Source: Octopus sinensis (Eukaryota). Taken from it: a stretch of 64,000 nucleotides of DNA. The stretch covers positions 29,698,001 to 29,762,000 of the forward strand of contig NC_043018.1 of assembly GCF_006345805.1 (NCBI RefSeq), read 5' to 3'. This document shows, piece by piece, positions 53,861-64,000 of this stretch; position 1 is the first letter of the stretch; every line of letters starts with the position of its first letter. Below the pieces are notes generated by a model. The model was given only the letters and a program-made list of their open reading frames with translations, had not been told where the DNA came from and ran no database searches. A program made the translations under genes and the position numbers.

Positions 53861-54149
53861 CATACATACATACATACATACATACATACATACATACATA
53901 CATACATACATACATACATACATACATACATACCTAGAGCGAGAAAGAGAGAGACATACATACACTCATTGTGCATGCAAATATTCATGCACATTTATAT
54001 ACGTACGGAGATGATTCTATTGAAAGTACTTCAAACAGATTGATATAATGTTTAGTCACGTAACGTCAAGGTAAACGTAGATCATTATCAGATATTTGTT
54101 CCGTTTCTTATTTCTAATGACTTCGCTAAGCTTTTTTGAGTCTCAATGT

Positions 54150-54700
54150 AGCATTCGCTATTCACAGTACAGCTACATTGCAGAAAATACAAAGGAGTGA
54201 CATCTTTGTTGCCCTCCCTGTAAACAGTCACCATGATTTACTATACCGATCGCTGGCTCTTGGACTTTTTAGACCATAGAGAAGAGGTGTGAGGACATTT
54301 TATTTCATTGGCTTCGAACTCTTCAAATCAGACTTCTGCAGTTCTCTTCTTCAAATCGAGGGTCTACTAATATCGTACCTACTTTGCGCGTGTTTTCTTA
54401 TACACCAAGTATTCCAGTTTATTTATCAATGAGTGTAACCACCGATCAGCTGTGCGGCAAGCTGCCAGATTGTATATCATCTCTCCGCTCGAACCATATC
54501 GTCCACCCGCTGGCGATTCGTGTCAGTGAATACAGTTAATGGACTCCCATTGCGTGGTTTATCTTTAATACTGTTTTCTCCTTATTTTAACTTTTTCATT
54601 CATCTGTGTACGATGCTTTTGTCCATTATGTCATCGCCGTTTACAATCTGTAGCTTTCTCGCTGAAATTGCACATGTAAATGGACTATTTCTACAATAGT
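54150..54700 (-). mobile_element. Highly degenerate mariner N-terminal relic
   Basis: LQIVNGDDIMDKSIVHR..GENSIKDKPRNGSP..NRQRVDDMVR (HTH region, D.PRSGRP-like). Confidence 0.6.
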
Positions 54701-54765
54701 ATGCCAAATGTCACATTCACCTTTAAATAAATAATATTCTTTCACTGTGCTTAACACTTTTCAGT

Positions 54766-55035
54766 GGACTCGCGGTCGGAGGATCACAGTTTCGATTCCC
54801 AGACAGGGCGTTGTGTGTGTTTATTGAGCGAAAACACCTAAAGCTCCACGAGGCTCTGGCAGGGGGGGGGGTGACCCCTGTTCTACTTTTTCGTCCCAAC
54901 TTTCACTCTTTCTTCCTGTTTCTTGTGTAACACAGCGATGGACCGGCGTCCCGTCCAGCTGGGTGGAACACATACACCATAGAAACCGGAAAACCGGACC
55001 CATGAGTCTGGCTAGGCTTGAAAAGGGGGCATAAA
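54766..55035 (+). mobile_element. tRNA-derived SINE (family of 12961-13240)
   Basis: Homologous to the reverse complement of 12961-13240. Confidence 0.8.
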
Positions 55036-55173
55036 TATATTTTAAAAATCACTTTTCAGTACTCTTTTCGCATAATAACATTTCACAGCAGTGTAAGCAA
55101 TTTGAAATCACTACTTCAGGTACAAACATACACATAAGCACACATAATCGTACGCACACAATTCTATGCTTCG

Positions 55174-55208
<35 letters not shown>

Positions 55209-56659
55209 GTGTGTGTGTGTGCCTCTTTATGTATGAACAGACCAAGTGCTAGCAAAAATTGGAATTGTTATTTTCTCATAACTAATTTTGCTTTTTAAAC
55301 AGAATTTTATGCACATAAAATATTCGTATTCACAAAAACCGGAATCTCTTCAGATTCTCACTTACTTTCATATTGTCGCTGTTTCCTCTCCAGTACAACA
55401 CCCCGAGATAACGTAATTGCTTTGCCGTCATTTAGCTATATTGCCATGGCAACAATACCTGTTTGTTTAAATCACAACAATACTAGAGTCAGGTGAGATA
55501 TCATTTACGTGTTGGCAACAAACATTTGGATTAAACGAAACACACTCTCATCAGGATGACCTTCACTTAAAGACGGTCACATTTCTGTTGTCATAGAAAC
55601 GTGAACGAGTCTGAGAAGAGAATGTGTTTTGGAAATGTCGAAGAATATTTGTTTAATCAAAAAAGGAAATATTACAAAAGCTGTGAATGGTGGAAGAACG
55701 GATGAGAATGTGAATTTATTAAATCTGACCTCTGTGATGGTTATAATAATTTACAATGTTCAATAGAATGTGTAATGGAAGGAAGAGAAGCGAAACTTTG
55801 ATTGAACATGCAATGTAAGATGATGAATTTCAATTTTATAGGATTCATTTAAAGATGTTGGAGATCAGCGGTTCTTGGACAATTGATCTCTTACGTCACA
55901 AGTCTTTAATTAAAGTTGAATTAAAGTTGATGCTGAAAGGAAATGACAGCAAGACCTGTGAAATAAAATTTTAAAGTTTAATATTCGTAACAGGAAGAGA
56001 AGTTTTGAAATTGAAATTGCGAGAGTAGAATCCATAATATAACGAAGGAGTCTCCAAGCGTTATAATTAACAGCAAATTGAACAAGTTCATCAAAGGATG
56101 CAAGCCAAGTATGTATTGCCTTTTAATTTATTATTCTGACAGCATGAAACAATTTTATCTCTCCATCCTAGTAATCTCTTACCTGCAACCAATCAAGTTA
56201 TAATAATTATAAACATCAAAATGCCATTAACGGCGTCAGGGACGTTTAACAAAGGAAGTTGCATATTATAAACATATTAATAACAAATTACTGACTAGTG
56301 TTATGAAATAATACAGCGTTAGATATATAGTAATGCCGTATCGGTATATTTAACAGATATCAATACCGGATTGTTGATAAGAGGTGTAAAATATTAAGGC
56401 ATTATTCATACGTGAATAGTATAGTGTTGATCAGTGCGGCGAAATAATTTCGAGGTCTCTGAAACTGGAGCAAATAGAAGCAGCGCTGTGAGATATATGG
56501 AATAAAATCTGTGTATGTGTAGACGTGGCTATGGGCGCAGGCGTGGCTGTGTGGTAAGATGCTTGCTTCCCAACCACCTGGTCCTGAATTCAATCCCACT
56601 GCACGGAAATTTAGGCACCTTCTGCTTCAGTTTCAGACCCACCGATTATTATTATTATT

Positions 56660-56871
56660 GCCCTGATGCAGTACCAGGCAGTGGCTCTCATGGCTTCTGA
56701 TCTTAACTGATTGGAAGTGTTATCATGTACATTGTTTTGTCTTGGTATAAAAGATGGGCTACAGCAAATATTCTGCTCAATACCACAGATTTGCTTGTCA
56801 GTTGTTTGACCTTAACCAGTTGAGCATGTCCCTTAGTGGCTGACTATATGTGCATCTCTGATCACGAGCAG

Positions 56872-56874
<3 letters not shown>
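56660..56874. mobile_element. 215 bp non-repetitive insert inside an (ATT)n array, probable 5'-truncated retroelement 3' end
   Basis: (ATT)n directly on both sides (56645-59 and 56875 onward); family not provable from this window. Confidence 0.45.
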
Positions 56875-56947
<73 letters not shown>

Positions 56948-57124
56948 GTTGTTGTTGTTTTTGTTGTTGGTGGTGAGTATGAGAGCAGTGCATCACACTA
57001 AAGTAACACGAGCAAAATATACGAAGTCCAGTATACGCTTCATGACTGCTCGTCTGGTAAGGGTGCACCAGGCACATGCATCACTAATATATGTGCGCGA
57101 CATGGTGATCTCATATCAAGATTT

Positions 57125-57400
57125 TTCAATTCAATTCAATTTTTATTGGCTCAAAAAGCAAAATCAAGGCCATGTAGGGGGACAGGGAGTTATGTACAGG
57201 GGTGGTGGTCATACAAAGAGTTCAGGCCATTTCTGGTCAAGAGAGACTTTGAACCGAGCGGTCGTCGGCATCTTCACTATCTCGTCCAGCAGCTTATTCC
57301 ATGGATCCGCAACCCGGACGGAGAAAGCCCCTCTCCTTCGACTGAGATGAAATCGTCGTAGATAGAGCTTTTCGGAGTGACCGTAGATAAACAGCGCATG
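57125..57400 (-). mobile_element. CR1-clade LINE 3' fragment
   Basis: GHSEKLYLRRFHLSRRRGAFSVRVADPWNKL...KWPELFV*; (ATTGA)3 tail at ~57125-57140. Confidence 0.85.
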
Positions 57401-57664
57401 ACGTGGCTATGATGTTCCCTGACTACTTCTTCTGATGAACAGAGTTGCTCATAACGTCGACCATTAATTATTAATATTCCTGTTATTGTCTTCGTTGTTG
57501 CTTCGGTTTATAGAAGCTGCTCCGGGTTTTACTCAGAGACTCTTACTTAAGACGTAAGTTGAACGATTTATTGTGATTGTTATTTATGATTAGCGATGAT
57601 ATATTGCAGCAAAATAAAATTCTGCTATATATTTTGTTGTAATGTTTGCGATCATCATGAACAA

Positions 57665-57725
<61 letters not shown>

Positions 57726-57975
57726 GTCATCATCATTCCATAATACATACAGACACGCATACACACACACATATATATATATATATAGATGCATGCATAC
57801 ATATGTGTGTGCGCGTGTGTGTATGTATGTATGTATGTATGTATGTATGAATATAAATGACGCCTAGGCGTGTGTGTCTTTGGCTCTATGTGTGTGGGGG
57901 TGTGTATTACATAAATATAACGTACATTAACACATATACACATATTTGAATTTGTATACAAACATACACACATAG

Positions 57976-58098
<123 letters not shown>

Positions 58099-58273
58099 GT
58101 GTGTCTGTATATAGATATATACACATACATACATGTGTAAGTTAATATCTATCTATCTCTATATACATATATGTATATATATATGTATATACATATGTAT
58201 ATATATATACATATATATATATACATGTATACCCATATATATATATATGCATGTATGTATGTATGTATGTATG

Positions 58274-58304
<31 letters not shown>

Positions 58305-58929
58305 GTATGTATGTATGTGTGTGTTTACAGATACAACTTCTTTGCAATGCAAAGTTGTAATTATAGTTTACCTGAGGTATTGTCTTTAGTAATTGTGTTT
58401 GGAATGGTTCTATTTAGGTAGAAGAAAAATCTAGTTATACTATCTCAAACAAGTTCGATCAAAATATATGATTGTAATTTTCACCTGTTCTGTGTTTCCA
58501 TTTATATATGAGACAGTATTTCATCTCAAGCTTAACAACCATACATTTGTTGCTTGCTGTTCATATAATATATGTATATACATGCATCTCTGTGTTTGTA
58601 AGTGTGTGGGAAAGAGCGAGAGATTATGTATGTTCGTGTGCATGTGTATGTGAGGAAGAGAGAGAGATCCTCTGTTTATGTGTGTGTGTATGTGTACATA
58701 TATACAGAGATAAGTAAATTGCTAGTTATAGATATATCTATGCATATGTATGGTATGATATATATGTATTACAGAAATATTTCCATACGTGTTGAAAATC
58801 TGGATGTATACATATATATATATATACAATTACATACACACACTCATACACTGACAAGCAAACACATATGTATAAAAATACATATATATATATACACATA
58901 TGTATATATTTACATATATATATACATGC

Positions 58930-58978
<49 letters not shown>

Positions 58979-59229
58979 ATATATTATATATATATATATA
59001 TAATATATATATATATATAATATATATATATAATTTACATACATACACATGCATTTGCAAACTCACGCACACACGCACATATATACATACGAATATATAT
59101 TTATATATATAAATGCATAAATTCCTATATAGAGTGAACGAGAGATGAATATATATATATGTGTGTATGTACGTGTATGCATATCTTGAAATAGCAAATT
59201 TAAATATATATATGTATGTATACACACAC

Positions 59230-59375
59230 GTATATACATATATACATGCATACATACATACATACATACATATATACATACATACATACATACATATATA
59301 CATACAAACATACATACATACTTACATTCATACATACATACATACAATACATACATACATACATACATACATACA

Positions 59376-59405
<30 letters not shown>
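59230..59405. repeat. (TACA)n microsatellite
   Basis: Direct reading. Confidence 0.95.
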
Positions 59406-59411
<6 letters not shown>

Positions 59412-60044
59412 TATTCTTCAACTTCTACAGATACAAACATCATTCTCCTTCTTATTTCATTCTATTGCGCAATTTTGCAGATTTGAACAAACAGTTGCCA
59501 TCAATTGAGGAAAGTTGAAGTATCAATTTACTAACATTTTTTTTTTTCTGTGCAATGGATTTAACGATGTGAGCTTGAAATATAAGTTTTGAAGCAAATA
59601 TTTTTCTATTCATAAATGCTGAATTTTCATTAGCAATAGTTACATTTTATGCTTTTGTATGCTTTTCACGTACAGTGCTGGGTAGAAAAACATATCCTAT
59701 AATTTGACTTGACTAATAGAAAACACTACCTCTTCTTCGTAAGATAATTACATAAATGATGGCATGATACATTATGATTTTCTGCAGCGACCCATCAAAT
59801 GTCAAAGTACTGTTAACTAATCATATTTTGATGCGTTTGGAAATAAGTTTTCATATATTATCATGCTGTTTCCCTAATACGAATGATTAAATAGATAAAC
59901 AAAACTCATCTTACAACAAGATATACACACTTAAACGATTGAATTTGTACGCACAATCGATATCTAATACATGCATACATACATACACACATACGTACGA
60001 ACATATATAATTGCATACGAATATACATATACATATATAAGGTA

Positions 60045-61489
60045 AACTTACATGGAAATGGATGCGTGGCGTTCAATCAAATAATAATATAAATAATATA
60101 TATGTATATATGTACATACATGCATATATATGTATATAGATATGCATATATGGGTATAGGACGTCAAAAAATGTAAACAACATGAAACACGAAAATAAAG
60201 TTGGGTACGTAAACAAGAATAGACACACATGAAAAACAAGACAAGTAACATAAAGAACGACCCTTCATCAGTTGTCGTCTGTTCTTCTACTCCTTATTTC
60301 GAGCATTGTACAACATAAGACTTTGAAGGCATTTGCTCTCGCGAACCAAAATAAAAGTTGGGATTTGTGAAAGGTCAAAGTTGGTAACAAAAACAGGACA
60401 GTGGAGACATACAAGCAAACCAAACGAAAACAAACATGGAGGGTCGATAAACCAAACGAGGTAACGTAGTGAACGCTGGAGAAATATTTTCTTTGACAAG
60501 AGAAAATATAGAAGAGGAGATAGATAGGAACACGCGCAGTCTGAACGACATAACTGAAGGCAAAGAATGATCACATGAGAAAAAGAAAGATGGGTGATGG
60601 TCATGTGTGAGCAACGAGAAAGAGTAAATGCGGAAGAGGGAGAGAGTGAGAGAAATAGACAGACAGATAGAAAACGATGAAGGAGAGAAAGAAGAATTAG
60701 AGAAAGGGTGAGTGAGAAAACGAAAGGGGGAGAAGGAGAGAGAGCAGTAAAGGGTAGAGTCGCATCAAAAATATTATAAACTTACTTGGAAATGGATGTG
60801 TGGCGTTCAATCAAATAATAATATAAATGATATATATATGCATTCCGGTGATGCAAAAAAGGGGTCAAACATTTTCTTTTTTCAATTTTCAGGAAGACAC
60901 CCTCCTATTTTATTCATATTCCTAAAAAAGCATTGTATGTGAAATTTGGAGTGGAATATGAGAAAATTAGAGGTTGCTACCAAGCTTTAAAAATAAATGT
61001 ATATCAGTTTCTGCTAAAATAAATGTTGTTTTGCTGATATTTTTGCCGGAACCGGTTTGATATGTACATGGTCAACCTAATCTGAAGAAAAAAACCATGA
61101 CATTCTAGGCTCTTGTACGTAGTGATGTACAACGTATAGCGCTTTACTTTTTTTTTCATGTGGAAGTGTCCCCATAGGCAGATCATAACCACGTATATAT
61201 TTATTTATTTTTGTTTTTCTTTTGGGAAGCAAGAATAATGTTTTCTTGTTTTTGTTTGAGAGTGACAACTTGTAACTTTTAACAATTTCAAGAAGGTATT
61301 GTTTCTGCTTTTCATCATTGGTTAATAGTTTTTTGTATTCCTTCATCAGTCGTACGCACCCTTTTGCTTGTAGAACTGCAGACTTTGCACAAAATCTGAA
61401 CGGGGTGGGGCCTATAAGCGTATGGATGCCAGATACCACGATCTGATGTATATAGCTGCTGAAAAGCAATAAACATCTCTCAGTCCCCC

Positions 61490-61563
<74 letters not shown>

Positions 61564-61958
61564 GTTTAAACTGAAATTTAAGCATCAACATTTTAATGCA
61601 GTAAATTAGCTTGGTCATCCATCGTGCTCTGTGATAAATTCCGAGTGCTATAAAGCTGATTCCTGACTTAGGGGTACTACTGAGGAAAATTAGCATTAGC
61701 TCGAGCAACTCCTTGTAGTCATCACGAGGCGGCTGTTCAGCAAGCTGAGCTTCAGTGATGTGAATGATTTCTAAAGCAGGACGTAAAAAACGTAAACAAC
61801 ATGAAATACGAAAATAAAGTTGGGTGTGCAAGCAACGAGAGAAATAAATGGAAAACAAGACAAGTAACATAAAAAACAACTCTTCATCAGTTGTCGGCTG
61901 TCCTTCTACTCCTTATTTCGAGCATTGAACGACTTCATGTTTACGTTTTGTGACGTCC
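60045..61958. repeat. Two diverged copies of a ~260 bp interspersed repeat, the second split by transposase DNA and ending in a short fold-back
   Basis: 60045-60308 versus 60778-60840 plus 61779-61927; 61930-61958 is the inverse of 61779-61806. Confidence 0.7.
60841..61775 (-). mobile_element. DNA transposase remnant (hAT-superfamily-like, possibly hATm type)
   Basis: QPPRDDYKELLELMLIFL..HRARWMTKLIY and KLLTNDEKQKQYLLEIV motifs (ORFs 61412-61879, 61077-61469); superfamily assignment from recall. Confidence 0.6.
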
Positions 61959-62203
61959 TATATATGTATATCTATAAACATATATATGTATATACATATA
62001 TGTATGTATATATGCATATATAAATATATTATTTATATCCATATGTATATATATATATACATACATACATACATATATGTATATATATATATATGTTTAT
62101 ATATATATGCGTGTCTAATATGTGCATCCTGACATAGACATCATAGACATACACTCACACACAAACACACATACTATATATATATGTGTATGTGTTTGTA
62201 TGC

Positions 62204-62336
<133 letters not shown>

Positions 62337-62355
62337 ATATATATAATATATATAT

Positions 62356-62397
<42 letters not shown>

Positions 62398-62965
62398 ATA
62401 CACTCACGTACAAGTAAATATGTATGTATTTGGGGTATGAAGTATTATTCGCAGAGAATAACAAATGTGTATCGATATATCGATACATGTTACACAGAAT
62501 ATTATACATTTAAGACGACCATAGCTATTGGATTCATCCACCCCATTGGTTCACCCAACTCAATCACCCTATTAGAATGATTAATGTTGTATGTAATTTC
62601 GAAAATTTGTTTTTTCTACTTCGATATTCTTTATTCAATCCCGTCATCGTTTTCTTCCAGTTTCTGTACAAATCTTATTCAATTATACATTTTTCTTTGA
62701 ACATATAACCAAATATTTGATAAATTTCATGTTGCATATGTGTATGTTTGTGTGTGTGTGTGTGTGTGTGCGTCGCATGTGTGTGTGTCGCATGTGTGTG
62801 TATATATATATGTATGGATCTACTAAATATATACATATATATATGTGTGTGTATGTGTGTGTGTGTGCGTGTGTGTGTGTGTGTGTGCAATAACATATGT
62901 GAACAAGCTTAGTTTGTTTATGGAAGCGTCGAATGTGTATCGTATCATACAGCCAAGAAAGCCTC

Positions 62966-63000
<35 letters not shown>

Positions 63001-64000
63001 CATACATACATACATACATACATACACACATATACACACACACGCACACACACACACAAACACACACACACATACACGCACACACACACATATCTATATA
63101 AATTCACTTTGCTGCGTTCATCACTCGAAATATTTTTTTAAAATTCTGTAGATGGTGCTGCCGTCATTGATTCTTATCGGAATAACTAAACACGAAGAAT
63201 AAACATTCCTTTCTACTCTAAATGTAATTAGTATGCTAATAATAGCTAAATATCATGTAGAAATACAGTCCTTCACATTTACTAACAATAAATGGAAGTA
63301 CTTCTATTCTACATTGCTACTACAATATTTTTTGTTCATCTGAGAATTGATCGTGCGTGCCTTAGGAATTTTCCCACTTCTTTTCTTATTTACCCTTACG
63401 TGAATCAATCTCAGGGTTCATACTAAATATTCTTAGTTAATATTTTCCCTCTAGAATTGACTACATGTTGGTTAGTACTACGGGGCACATCATAATTGTC
63501 CTACATATGAGGGCAAGTCAAAACTTATCTTCACTTTCGCCATAACTGTCTTTATTCATGTCCAACTGCCTTCTGCGCATGCATGCTTATAGTTTATACT
63601 CTTGTGGCCGCGTTATCGAAGTTTAAAACTGATCGCGTCATTTTTTATTTTTATTTTTTGCTTTACAGTGTAAGCATGGCGCTCCACTAGCAATGTGCAC
63701 CAAAGAAAAGCAAAGAACAATGATCCGATCAACAGTGTAACGTATAGTGCTTTGCTGGCCAACAAACCTAAGCCAGCAAGTCACACCATACGCCGAGTCC
63801 TATTGTCGAAGAGTGTTTTGTTGTTGGATGATAAATGGGTTTAGATCTGCTGGAATACCCTGCCTAAAGCCCAGAGTTCGCCCTTTCGGACAGTCATAGC
63901 TTTGGACCGCTCAGAGATGGTTTACGAGGTCGTCGAAAGAAAGAGTCCATACACGGTTGCACGACCAACCGAAACCCTTATTAGAGGGAATACACAAGCT

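Overview
AT-rich, microsatellite-saturated animal genomic DNA. The SINE, mariner and microsatellite repertoire matches what I recall of Octopus genomes (inference). No host protein-coding gene can be firmly identified, and almost all long ORFs in the track are microsatellite artefacts. Recognisable content: five mariner relics and one Tc1 relic, two CR1-clade 3' fragments, a near full-length L1/Tx1-clade LINE inside a (GATA)n array, an R4/Dong-like relic beside (CATA)n, an RTE fragment, a Helentron-type non-autonomous element, a hAT-like transposase remnant and many tRNA-derived SINEs. The main finding is a dense set of mutually dissimilar, non-coding elements embedded in (TA)n that carry type I hammerhead ribozyme (HHR) folds: 9 complete motifs plus half-motifs. 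They occur as ~480-560 bp partial tandem arrays (11748-12577, 29482-30270, 46690-47794, 951-1515) or as head-to-head fold-backs whose junctions cluster at the ribozyme. This looks like a Penelope-dependent retrozyme/pLTR system predicted to release ~480-490 nt self-cleaved, possibly circular, RNAs. All folds were derived by eye; none was computed or tested.
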